Assembly: GCA_018061745.1 (NCBI GenBank)
Contig: JAGOTN010000002.1
Location: forward strand, 1-43,681
Direction: 5' to 3'
DNA: 43,681 nt
DNA from: Minisyncoccota bacterium
GTDB taxonomy: Bacteria; Patescibacteriota; Minisyncoccia; Phycocordibacterales; JAACPR01
Positions 8,810-18,479 of this stretch are shown here, in pieces. Below the pieces are notes generated by a model. That model had not been told where the DNA came from. It ran no database searches and saw only the letters and a program-made list of their open reading frames with translations. Every line of letters starts with the position of its first letter. Position 1 is the first letter of the stretch. The position numbers and the translations under genes were made by a program.

Positions 8810-9706
8810 TTATTTATCACCACATTTTATCTTACCTCCAAGAGTTCTCAATTCTTCTAATGCTTTTTTATTTTGTTCATCTTTTTTATAAAAATCTTCT
8901 GGCCCCTTTCCAGGTGGAACTCCATGCCAACGATAATCTCTTTCCATAAAAGGAATTCCCTTTCCAGGAATCGTGTGTGCAATAATCACAGAAGGCATAT
9001 CAAAAATTGCTTTCGCCTGATTTACAGAATCAGAAATAGCTTCAAAATTGTGCCCGTCAATTTCTTGAACATGAAAATTAAATGCTTCAAACTTTTTTCT
9101 AAGAGAATTTAGTGGCATTATATCTTCTGTAAAACCATCTATTTGTATATTGTTTCTATCAACAATCATAATTAAATTATGAATTTTTTCTTTAGCAGCG
9201 AGCATGATAGCTTCCCAATTTTGACCTTCATTTAATTCTCCATCTCCAGTAAGACAAAAGAAAAACTTATTTGTTTTTTTACCAAAATCAATTCTATCTG
9301 CTAAAGCCATACCAACAGCTTGCGACAAACCAGAACCAAGTGGACCTGAACTATTTTCTAACATTGGAAGGAACTCTCGATGAGGATGACCTTGAAGACG
9401 AGAACCAAATGTTCTAAGTGTTTCCAACTCTTCTAAAGGAAAATAACCAGCGTGAGCCATTGTGGCATAAAGAACAGGACAAATATGTCCGTTTGAAAGA
9501 ATCAAACGATCTCTATCTGCCCATTTTGGATTTTTTGAATCATGAGACATACCTCCAAAATAAAGATAAGTGAAAATATCTGTCATACCAAGTGGTCCGG
9601 CAGTGTGACCAGAACCCGCAGACACGAGCATTGCAATAATTGATTGCCTAATTCTATTTGCAGTTTGCTCTAATTCGCAAATTTTATCATCAGAAAGATT
9701 ACTCAT
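8810..9706 (-). CDS. tkt: Transketolase, N-terminal (TPP-binding) subunit of a split enzyme
   Basis: GSGHTAGPLGMTDI, LSNGH and TGDGELNEGQNWEA motifs, 298 aa. Confidence 0.9.
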   Translation of the reverse strand: MSNLSDDKICELEQTANRIRQSIIAMLVSAGSGHTAGPLGMTDIFTYLYFGGMSHDSKNPKWADRDRLILSNGHICPVLYATMAHAGYFPLEELETLRTFGSRLQGHPHREFLPMLENSSGPLGSGLSQAVGMALADRIDFGKKTNKFFFCLTGDGELNEGQNWEAIMLAAKEKIHNLIMIVDRNNIQIDGFTEDIMPLNSLRKKFEAFNFHVQEIDGHNFEAISDSVNQAKAIFDMPSVIIAHTIPGKGIPFMERDYRWHGVPPGKGPEDFYKKDEQNKKALEELRTLGGKIKCGDK

Positions 9707-9710
9707 AGTT

Positions 9711-11447
9711 TTATTTTACCAAATATAATGACAAACCTTCAGCACTTGTTCCCACTAATTCAAAACCTTCACATTTAAATTCTGGCGTATAAACATATTT
9801 AATTTTAAATTTATTTGTTAAAGATTTTTTAATAACACATTCAGATTTTATAAACGAATTATAATCAATTAAATTTACCGTTAGTGTAGAAGGTTTTGAA
9901 ATTACAGGAATATTATTTGTCACAACAGCCAAAGTCAGACCTTTCCACGGCGGTGCCAAAAATTTTTCATTTGTAAAACCTGAAAATAATTTAACGTCTT
10001 CGTCTGTTAAATATTTATTAGCAGGAGGAGCTGGACGAAAACCTAAAGATGTAAAATTTTTCCAATTCTCTATTGATGTAAAAGAAAAACTTAAAATAAA
10101 GAAGATGCTTAGCATTAAAACCAGTACAAGATTTTTTACTTTTACGAATTTAAAATAACTATTAATTTGCTCTAATCCAAAAGAAGTAGAAACTAGTAAC
10201 AGAATAGAAGTTACAGCAACAACTCTATGATAATCCATCAGGAAAGTTTCCATTTTTAAACCATACAAAAACCACATTATTACTCCGATAAAAATAGTTA
10301 TAGACACATATTTAAATTCTCTTCGAATTTTCCACAATCCCAAAAATACAAAAGGAACAATAAACCAAGGTAAAACTTCCCAAATTATAAACAAAGGTGC
10401 CTGTCCCAATGAACTATTTAATGGTCTAAAAATAAAATCATAAGCCATTGAGAAAAATTTAATTGGATTGCTTTTATTTATAATTGAAATCAAAAGACTC
10501 GTAGAAATAATTCCAATAAAAATAGTTCCTAGATACAGACCGAACAACTTTACTCTTTCATTTTTTTCTTTAATTTCAAAATATAATGTCAAAAAACTTG
10601 GAATCGCCAACAAAACAATCGGAGGATAAAAACTAATTGATAATATATTAAATAAAATAGCTGTTTTAAAATATTGTTTTTGCACTGCAATGAAATAACT
10701 AATCAAGAACAAAAATCCTACATTCCAAGGTAGTAAATACCAAAGCAATGGCAAATTTGAAGAATTTGGTAAATATGAAATTAAAAATAATGTAAAAATT
10801 GAAATTCCAATTGATATTTTAAAGTTTCTTAGCAGGACGTAAATAAATGAAATTAACACCAAAGAAAACACAATCGCGAGACTTTTATAAGCAACCAGCA
10901 AATTTAAATCTAACAATAAATCCACACCAGAAACTAAAGACTGAAAGAAAAACAAAAAGTTTGTAAACTTCGATCCATCCATAAAATTAACGAACGGCAG
11001 TTTACTTGTCTCAATAGATTTTTCAGACATTCCGACAGTTATCCACTCATCAGAAAAATATGGTTGTTTTGAATTAAAATTTTCAACTTTTGAAACTCCT
11101 GAATAAGTGATAATTTCACCTGAATAATTAAAATGAACAAAATAAAATTGAAGAGTAATTATAAATAAGGCACATAAAATTGTCCAAGGAATTTTTTTAA
11201 AATTAAATTTTCTTAAATTTTTAATAGATTGAATTACTAATTTGTAATTGAAACCCAAACTTAAAATTGTTACCAAACTATGAATTGCAAGCAAGTAAGA
11301 GAATTTAAACAAACTCACAGTCTGCAAACCAACAGAGACAGCAGCATTCAAAGAAATAATTCCAGACACAACAGAAACAAATCCAAATCTATAGTCTTTA
11401 AACCTCAAAATCCAAACAAGAGGAGCTAAAATTAATAAAATAAGCAT
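9711..11447 (-). CDS. Polytopic membrane protein, GT-C-like glycosyltransferase / glycan ligase-polymerase candidate
   Basis: About 12 or more hydrophobic helices, an acidic YFSDEW motif in an early loop, a ~120-aa soluble C-terminal domain. Divergent from a GT2 gene 26 bp away. Confidence 0.45.
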   Translation of the reverse strand: MLILLILAPLVWILRFKDYRFGFVSVVSGIISLNAAVSVGLQTVSLFKFSYLLAIHSLVTILSLGFNYKLVIQSIKNLRKFNFKKIPWTILCALFIITLQFYFVHFNYSGEIITYSGVSKVENFNSKQPYFSDEWITVGMSEKSIETSKLPFVNFMDGSKFTNFLFFFQSLVSGVDLLLDLNLLVAYKSLAIVFSLVLISFIYVLLRNFKISIGISIFTLFLISYLPNSSNLPLLWYLLPWNVGFLFLISYFIAVQKQYFKTAILFNILSISFYPPIVLLAIPSFLTLYFEIKEKNERVKLFGLYLGTIFIGIISTSLLISIINKSNPIKFFSMAYDFIFRPLNSSLGQAPLFIIWEVLPWFIVPFVFLGLWKIRREFKYVSITIFIGVIMWFLYGLKMETFLMDYHRVVAVTSILLLVSTSFGLEQINSYFKFVKVKNLVLVLMLSIFFILSFSFTSIENWKNFTSLGFRPAPPANKYLTDEDVKLFSGFTNEKFLAPPWKGLTLAVVTNNIPVISKPSTLTVNLIDYNSFIKSECVIKKSLTNKFKIKYVYTPEFKCEGFELVGTSAEGLSLYLVK

Positions 11448-11460
11448 ATTTATGTATACT

Positions 11461-11466
11461 TATAAT
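11461..11466 (+). promoter_or_regulatory. TATAAT box 7 nt upstream of the GT2 start codon (possible leaderless transcript)
   Basis: TATAAT at 11461-11466, ATG at 11474, no SD. Confidence 0.2.
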
Positions 11467-11473
11467 ACTTCGT

Positions 11474-12628
11474 ATGGAAACTAAAAACCAGCCAAAACTG
11501 AGCATAATTCTCCCCTGTTTGAACGAAGAACTGTCTATTGAGAAATGTATAAGTGATATCAATAATGAATTACAAGGGAAAATAGATTTTGAGATTATTG
11601 TGGTCGACAACAACTCAAGTGATCAGTCTGAAAATATTCTAAAAAAAATAAAAGAGACAGATCCAAATATAAAAGTTTATCTTGAAAAAATAATTGGTTA
11701 CGGAAGCGCTTGCGCAAGAGGTTTTAAAGAAGCTTCTGGAGAATACCTACTACTAATGGACATGGATCAAACTTATCCGGTTAATAAAATTTTAGATTTT
11801 TCAAATGAGTTAGACAAAGGATACGAATTTGTAATTGGAAATAGATTTACAGGAGATATTCAAAAAGGTTCGATGCCTGCACTTCATAAGTTCATCGGAA
11901 ATCCCCTTCTATCATTTATACTCAGATTATTTTTTAAAACAAAAGTTCGAGATTCACATTGTGGAATGAGAGCAATAAAAAAATCTTCGTACCAAAAATT
12001 AAATTTAAAAACCATAGGAATGGAGTTTGCCAGTGAAATGGTTATCAAAGTTTTAAGAGAAAAATTACAAATATCAGAAATCGCGATTAGCTATCACCCT
12101 CGTGTCGGCGAATCAAAATTAAAATCTTTTAAAGACGGCTGGAGACATTTAAGATTTATGCTTCTATACTCACCTCTATATTTATTTTTAGCTCCTGGAA
12201 TATTTTGTTTTTCATTAGGATTCATTTCTATGGTCTCTATTTATTTTATAAAAATAAATTTAGCTGGAGTTCAATTAATAGTTCACCCAATTTTTATATC
12301 TTCACTTTTAATGATCATCGGTTATCAATTAATACTTTTTACAGGTTTTGCTAAATCATACGCAATGACACACCTAGAAGAAGAGAGTCCTTTACTTGAA
12401 AAAATATTACAAAAATTTTCTGGCGACATGGCTGTAATTATTGGCGCCTTCGGATTAATTTTAGGTTTTGTAATTTATGTATTAATTTTATACAAATGGA
12501 TTAGTTCGGATTTTGGAGAATTAAATGAAATTAAAAATGCAATATTAGGATTAACACTAATCGTATTAGGGGTTCAAACAATAACTTCTGCTTTTATGTT
12601 AAGTATTATTTCAATCAAGGAAAAATGA
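11474..12628 (+). CDS. GT2-family polyprenyl-phosphate sugar synthase (DPM1/GtrB/ArnC-like) with four C-terminal TM helices
   Basis: LSIILPCLNEE, VVDNNSSDQS and LLMDMDQTYP (DxD) motifs, four hydrophobic helices after aa ~230. Confidence 0.8.
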   Translation: METKNQPKLSIILPCLNEELSIEKCISDINNELQGKIDFEIIVVDNNSSDQSENILKKIKETDPNIKVYLEKIIGYGSACARGFKEASGEYLLLMDMDQTYPVNKILDFSNELDKGYEFVIGNRFTGDIQKGSMPALHKFIGNPLLSFILRLFFKTKVRDSHCGMRAIKKSSYQKLNLKTIGMEFASEMVIKVLREKLQISEIAISYHPRVGESKLKSFKDGWRHLRFMLLYSPLYLFLAPGIFCFSLGFISMVSIYFIKINLAGVQLIVHPIFISSLLMIIGYQLILFTGFAKSYAMTHLEEESPLLEKILQKFSGDMAVIIGAFGLILGFVIYVLILYKWISSDFGELNEIKNAILGLTLIVLGVQTITSAFMLSIISIKEK

Positions 12629-13734
12629 ATCTGATACACAACAAAAAAATTGCCATATTTCATAATTATTTAGACAATATCGGAGGAGCTGAAATGGTGA
12701 CACTAACCTTATCCAAAGAGTTGGGTGCAGATATTTACACAACTAATATCGATTATGAGAAAATAAATAAAATGGGATTTTCAGGAGAAAATATTTTCTC
12801 TATTGGGAAAATACCTACCAATGCACCATTCCGTCAACAAATGGCTTCTATTAGATTTAGATTTTTAAATTTAAAAAATAAATATGATCTTTATATTATT
12901 TCTGGAGACTGGGCAGTATCTGGGGCTGTAAAAAATAAACCTAATATTTGGTATGTTCATTCTCCGATTAGAGAAATATGGGATTCTTATAAATTTGTGC
13001 GAAATAATCTAGTTCCCTTTCCTCTTAGACCAGTATTTGATATTTGGGTTTACCTTAATAGATTTTTAAATAAAAAACACATAAAAAACGTAGATAAATT
13101 AGTGGCCAACTCTCACAATGTTTCAGACCGTATAAAAAAATTCTTAAATCGTGAAAGCATAATTATTCACCCACCAATTAATACTAAAGATTTTTACACC
13201 GAAAATAAAAACGATAGTTATTGGCTTTCAGTTAATCGTTTATTTTCAAACAAAAGAGTTGAGATGCAATTAGAAGCTTTTAGGAAAATGCCGGGCGAGA
13301 AATTAATCATTGTTGGTTCATTCGAAAAGTCAAAACATTTTGTAGAATATTCAAATAAAATTAAGGAAATGTGTCCTGAAAACGTAGAGATAATACATTG
13401 GGCAAATTACGATCAATTAACTGAAATTTATAAAAACTGTTTAGGTTTTATTACAACAGCTCAGGATGAAGATTTTGGAATGACAGCAGTGGAAGTGATG
13501 GCAAGCGGTAAACCTGTTATTGCCCCGAACGAAGGTGGTTATAAAGAAACTGTAATACAAAACAAAACTGGTATTTTGATTGATGAAATTAATTCAGATA
13601 AAATCATTGATGCTGTAAATGTGATTAAATCAAACTTATATTTAAACCAAGATTTTTATTATCAAAACTGCATAGATCGTGCCAAAGGTTTTGATACTGA
13701 GATTTTTATCTCAAAGATTCGAGATAATCTGTGA
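12625..13734 (+). CDS. GT4-family (GT-B) glycosyltransferase
   Basis: EDFGMTAVEVMASGKPVIAPNEGGYKETV (EX7E region). ATGA start/stop overlap with the upstream GT2. Confidence 0.85.
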   Translation: MNLIHNKKIAIFHNYLDNIGGAEMVTLTLSKELGADIYTTNIDYEKINKMGFSGENIFSIGKIPTNAPFRQQMASIRFRFLNLKNKYDLYIISGDWAVSGAVKNKPNIWYVHSPIREIWDSYKFVRNNLVPFPLRPVFDIWVYLNRFLNKKHIKNVDKLVANSHNVSDRIKKFLNRESIIIHPPINTKDFYTENKNDSYWLSVNRLFSNKRVEMQLEAFRKMPGEKLIIVGSFEKSKHFVEYSNKIKEMCPENVEIIHWANYDQLTEIYKNCLGFITTAQDEDFGMTAVEVMASGKPVIAPNEGGYKETVIQNKTGILIDEINSDKIIDAVNVIKSNLYLNQDFYYQNCIDRAKGFDTEIFISKIRDNL

Positions 13735-14434
13735 TCACTTCAGATCCTCCAACTTCTTTAACTTCCCCCTTATCGAGCCAAATTATTTTTGAACAATTAT
13801 TTAAAATATAATTAGAATTATGACTAACTATTAAAACCAATTTGGCTGACTTTATATAATCATTAATTTTTATATAAATTTTATCTTTAAATGAAGCGTC
13901 TGCACCAGCTCCCAAAACTTCATCGAGTAATAATATTTCGGGTGATTCTGGCAATGTAAAAATCATTGTAGCGAAAGAAAATCTAGATATCATTCCTGTT
14001 GAAAATTTATAAACCGGAACATTTAAAAAATCTTCCAATTCTGAAAATTCAACAATCTGATTTATCTTATTTTCAATCTCATTTTTACTAAGACCATTTA
14101 ATGTACCGATAATGTAAATATTATCAAGCATCGTTAAATTTTTATTTATACCACTAGAAAAACCACCCAAATAAACAGGCTCACTATCCACCTCAACAGT
14201 TCCAGTACTTGAGCTTAAAATACCTGCGATTATTTTGAGCAAAGTTGTTTTACCAGAACCATTTTTACCAATAATTCCAACAACTCCACCTTGAGTAATT
14301 TCCAAATCAATATTTTTTAATGCAAAAAAATCAACATTCTTTTTAGAATTAAAAATGAATTGCAAAAATTCAAACGAACCGTTTTTAGCGGTATGTAAAT
14401 CAAATATTTTTGAGACTGAATTTAATCTAATCAT
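13706..14434 (-). CDS. ABC transporter ATP-binding protein, polysaccharide/teichoic-acid export type (Wzt/TagH-like, no C-terminal carbohydrate-binding extension)
   Basis: Walker A GKNGSGKTT, signature-like FSTGM, Walker B ILLLDEVLGAGD, 242 aa. Confidence 0.85.
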   Translation of the reverse strand: MIRLNSVSKIFDLHTAKNGSFEFLQFIFNSKKNVDFFALKNIDLEITQGGVVGIIGKNGSGKTTLLKIIAGILSSSTGTVEVDSEPVYLGGFSSGINKNLTMLDNIYIIGTLNGLSKNEIENKINQIVEFSELEDFLNVPVYKFSTGMISRFSFATMIFTLPESPEILLLDEVLGAGADASFKDKIYIKINDYIKSAKLVLIVSHNSNYILNNCSKIIWLDKGEVKEVGGSEVITDYLESLR

Positions 14435-14435
14435 G

Positions 14436-15206
14436 TTATTTATTTCTCTCTGTTAAAAATTTTCCTTGATATTTAAAAACCAATTCACTCAAAAAATAGG
14501 ATATCAGGGCCATAAAAACACATACACATATTAAATTTAAACTATTTTGATTCATACCGTAAACACAATTTCTTGCTAAATTTATAAAGTAACCAAGAGG
14601 GTTATACTTTGTTAAAAAATCACTACTTTCAATTACGAAATAAATTGGAGTTATAAACCACAATATTTGGCAAAAATAATTCCATACATATACAGCGTCA
14701 AAAAACTTTGTAGAAATAACACACAAAATACTCCCCACTCCAAACGTAAACAGCATATACAAAGGCAAAACCAATAAGTAAAAAACTCCGTAATAATATC
14801 CAAAAAAAGCTAACAAAATAATCGCCAACAAAGATTCAAATAAATTAATCCATAAGGAAACAAAAAATCTAGACCAAATAAAAATTTTAGGATTAATTTT
14901 TCTTGAATTCAAAAGTTCATAGTTACCAGTAATTGCAGTCATCATTAAATTTGTACTCGATATAAAAAAATGAATCATTATTACTCCAATCAAAAGATAA
15001 GGTAAAAAGTTATTAATATCTGACTTTAAAATATTACTTTTTACATAAAAAAGTATCGAGAACATAAATAATGGTTGCAACAAATACCAGAAAAAACCCA
15101 GGTACGTATTATGATTTCTAATTTTTAATTCAAAAAATGAAAGTGTAATGCTTTTTTTAATATCGTTAATCATATGTAATTTTTGAATTTTCCCAAGAAT
15201 GCTCAT
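14436..15206 (-). CDS. ABC-2-type transporter permease (Wzm/TagG-like)
   Basis: Six hydrophobic helices, 1-nt spacing to the ATPase gene. An alternative ATG at 15173 would give an ATGATTAA-type overlap with the upstream gene. Confidence 0.75.
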   Translation of the reverse strand: MSILGKIQKLHMINDIKKSITLSFFELKIRNHNTYLGFFWYLLQPLFMFSILFYVKSNILKSDINNFLPYLLIGVIMIHFFISSTNLMMTAITGNYELLNSRKINPKIFIWSRFFVSLWINLFESLLAIILLAFFGYYYGVFYLLVLPLYMLFTFGVGSILCVISTKFFDAVYVWNYFCQILWFITPIYFVIESSDFLTKYNPLGYFINLARNCVYGMNQNSLNLICVCVFMALISYFLSELVFKYQGKFLTERNK

Positions 15207-18200
15207 CTAAATATTTTTTAATCTTATCATTGTCAAATTTAATTTTCTTAATTTCTCTAGATAATGTTTCAGAGTTAATATCATCAACAATATTAATAAT
15301 ACCTTCTAAATCTTCAATAAGATTATTTTTGCGAGCAATAATAGGTCTTTTAGCTGCTAAATACTGCCGAATTGATCCACTACTACTATGAATCGCAATC
15401 GGTTTAGAATTCCATAACAAAATATCGCATTTTGAAAGATTGAAAATTATTTCCCCTAATGGCAAAAATTCTCTGTGAAATTTTATCCATTCATTTTTTT
15501 CTACTTCTGCCTCTATTTTTTTAAGATATTCCTGATCGTGATCTTTTCGAACACAAGAATAAATATGAAGAACACGATTTTCTATTTTTTTACAAGACTG
15601 TATTGTTTCATATATCGATTTATCTTTATTAAAAAATCCAAAAAACCCGAAGTGGATTTTGTCATCTTTTTCACTATGTAAATCCATAGAAACTTCATAA
15701 GACAGACTAGGATGAAAATAAAGCTCAACATCTTTTGCTCCTTGTTTTAATAATGTTTTTTTTGCTGATTTTGAATGAGCAAAAATTTTATCAGAATTTT
15801 TAATTACTAAATTTTGATTTTTAAAATACATCCAACTTTCATGAATACGAAATGGTCTCCAAGGTTCATTAACTCCAGGAATATTATCTCCTAAAATACG
15901 CTCCCAATTAACTGGCATGACATTGGATACATTAAATTTCCACCATACAAATTTAATACCCTCTTTTATCTTCCATCTCATCCATTTTAATTTATCAATA
16001 ATTTTATATCTATAAAATTTTTCTTCTATCTTTTTTGCAAAACTAATTATAAGTTTATTAAAAAATAACGGACTTATCATTCTAAAAAATCTTGAATAGA
16101 TATTTATGTTTTTTGGTAAAACAGTATGCATTGTCACATAGAACTTAATATCATTTTTTTTACAAAAATCTATAACTTTTTCTATAAAATCATAAGGAGC
16201 AATCCCAAATTCATGTTGCAAATGGATATGAGAAGGTAATTCAAAACCTAACTCCGAAAGATTAGAGATCGCTGATATTTGATTACTTTTAGACAAAAGT
16301 TCTGTATAAGTCGAAATTCCGCACTCAGTACCTAAACTAGAACACAAAACAACAGGTTTTCCGTGGAAAATAAAATCATTTAAAACAAATTCTATTTTAG
16401 TAATAGCCAAACCTTTCTTTCGACTGTCATTTTTATCTACCCTAATTTCAGCATGAGAAATTGTATAAGGAGATTCTATTTTTAATTCGGCAAAATCTTT
16501 TTCATCTTCAATATTCTTAAATTTGATAACAAAATGTCCATTACCTAGATCTTCTTTTTCTAAATCCAATTCCCTATTGTTTAAATAAATTTTACTATTC
16601 CAAATTATTTCAGAGTGCATTGCGCTAACAATACTGATCTCAGCCTGTTTTACCTGATACAGAAAAAACGGAAGTTTAATAGTGCTTACATTCGACGGAC
16701 CTGTCCATCTATAAATTTGTCCAGATTCATAGCCTTCTCTTTGATGCCAAGCGGAACCAATAAAATCATCCGACATTAATAAAGTTTGTTTTTTCTCAAT
16801 TCTATTATTTTGGAAATTATCAGTAACAAAACCCTCTAACATTTCAAAATATTGTTTATAAAATATTTCTTTAGCTTGCTTATAAATAATTTGATCATAT
16901 TCCGTAATTTGTTTCAAAATATCTTCTGAAACATTTTCCGGCTCATAGTTTCGAACATTAGATTTAGCAACAGATCCATCAAATGGAATCCTCAATTTAT
17001 AGTGCAACAATGCAATACTTTCAAAAAACTTATCATGAATACCAACTGCTAAAAAATTATTTAGATTATTAGATGCAATATTTAAGATCTCATCATCAGT
17101 TTTTTCAAAAAAAGTTTTTGTCTTACCAAAAAAACCAGCAACCATTTTAGTTTGAGTATTAATAAAAATTTCTTTTATCCAATTGTTATCAATAGACAAG
17201 ATCTCATCAGATGACATCTTTTTGATTTTTAGCATTAAATCCCTTTTACCAACGGTTGTTTCAGGAATACTCTCAACATCCTGATCTGACGCCGTTTTTA
17301 AATCATTTATCTGGGATAATATTCTATCTTTGGGATCTCTTAAAATAGTTACAAGACTCCACTCTTTCGGCAAAACCGTTTGAAAAGTGGTGTGATCTGC
17401 CATAAATTTAAAATTATTAAAAATAATTTTAAAATCTAACTCTGATATACTCGCTTTTTCTGGCAATAGTTCTTCAATGTTTTTTACTTTTTCCTTATAA
17501 ATAGGATTCTCTCTCAAATCTTCTACTTGTTTTTTTAAATCATTATTTAAACTAGATGTGCGACTATTTATAATCAAATGATACTTTAAAGGAACAATAT
17601 CTTTTTCATTAAAATGCTTTTTCAACATATCAATAACAGAAGTTCCCCCAGACTTCATCACATGCAAAAAGAAAACTTTTAAATCAGAGTTAGATTTTGC
17701 TCTTAAATTAATTTCTTTTACAATAATTTTTTTAAGGTTTTCTTCAAATTTTTTAACCGCGTATTTATAAATTTGATTATCAATCTCTAGTATTTTATTG
17801 ATTTCATCCTCTTCTTCTTTTGTAAAAGAAAAATCATATTTTCTAGTATTTAAATTTTCTAAATCTTTTTCATGAGGCAATCTTAATAAATATTCAAATA
17901 AAAATTGACTCTCCTTAAACCTTTCAGTAACTCCAATAAAAAACATATTATCCAATTGTTTTTTTGCTTCTTTCAATAATTTTTTATCATTGTTTATTAA
18001 ATGATGTTTATTAAGAGGTATTAAATTTTTAGCCAAACCATTTACAAAATGAAACCTAATAAGAGGATCGTTTAATTTTAAAACTTGAGTTAAACTTTTT
18101 TCTTTAAACAATTTCTTAAGATTTTTGACTTCTTCACCAGTTGGAGCATTTTGAATTTCTTCATCAGTCCAATTTTTCCAATGATTATACAAAGAAATCA

Positions 18201-18447
18201 ATCTATCTTTAGGATTACGTACAAAAGTAATAACACTCCAGGAATCATCAAGATATTCTCTAAAGTTTTTATGGTTTGCAATAAATTTTATATCTTCCAA
18301 AATAACTTCATCAAACTTTGATATTGATTCATACCCCCCCAATGAAGATTTTGGATATATTTCGCTCTCTTTATAAAAACGGCTTATGTATTCATAAAAA
18401 GTTGTCCCTGCAGTTTTTGGAATGTGATTAAAAAAAATCTTTTTCAT
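15166..18447 (-). CDS. Multidomain glycan-modifying enzyme: two tandem sulfotransferase-like domains, a central beta-rich domain and a C-terminal GT-B-like glycosyltransferase domain
   Basis: FNHIPKTAGTTF...RNPKDRLIS and FLHVMKSGGTSV...RDPKDRILS (PAPS 5'-PSB/3'-PB-like motif pairs). C-terminal GFFGFFNKDKS...SSGSIRQYLAAKRPIIA. The track start at 18462 is TTG; ATG at 18447 (MKKIFFNHIPK) is preferred. Confidence 0.65.
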   Translation of the reverse strand: MKKIFFNHIPKTAGTTFYEYISRFYKESEIYPKSSLGGYESISKFDEVILEDIKFIANHKNFREYLDDSWSVITFVRNPKDRLISLYNHWKNWTDEEIQNAPTGEEVKNLKKLFKEKSLTQVLKLNDPLIRFHFVNGLAKNLIPLNKHHLINNDKKLLKEAKKQLDNMFFIGVTERFKESQFLFEYLLRLPHEKDLENLNTRKYDFSFTKEEEDEINKILEIDNQIYKYAVKKFEENLKKIIVKEINLRAKSNSDLKVFFLHVMKSGGTSVIDMLKKHFNEKDIVPLKYHLIINSRTSSLNNDLKKQVEDLRENPIYKEKVKNIEELLPEKASISELDFKIIFNNFKFMADHTTFQTVLPKEWSLVTILRDPKDRILSQINDLKTASDQDVESIPETTVGKRDLMLKIKKMSSDEILSIDNNWIKEIFINTQTKMVAGFFGKTKTFFEKTDDEILNIASNNLNNFLAVGIHDKFFESIALLHYKLRIPFDGSVAKSNVRNYEPENVSEDILKQITEYDQIIYKQAKEIFYKQYFEMLEGFVTDNFQNNRIEKKQTLLMSDDFIGSAWHQREGYESGQIYRWTGPSNVSTIKLPFFLYQVKQAEISIVSAMHSEIIWNSKIYLNNRELDLEKEDLGNGHFVIKFKNIEDEKDFAELKIESPYTISHAEIRVDKNDSRKKGLAITKIEFVLNDFIFHGKPVVLCSSLGTECGISTYTELLSKSNQISAISNLSELGFELPSHIHLQHEFGIAPYDFIEKVIDFCKKNDIKFYVTMHTVLPKNINIYSRFFRMISPLFFNKLIISFAKKIEEKFYRYKIIDKLKWMRWKIKEGIKFVWWKFNVSNVMPVNWERILGDNIPGVNEPWRPFRIHESWMYFKNQNLVIKNSDKIFAHSKSAKKTLLKQGAKDVELYFHPSLSYEVSMDLHSEKDDKIHFGFFGFFNKDKSIYETIQSCKKIENRVLHIYSCVRKDHDQEYLKKIEAEVEKNEWIKFHREFLPLGEIIFNLSKCDILLWNSKPIAIHSSSGSIRQYLAAKRPIIARKNNLIEDLEGIINIVDDINSETLSREIKKIKFDNDKIKKYLDEHSWENSKITYD

Positions 18448-18479
18448 ATAAATTAAACACAATACTCAACACACGATTT

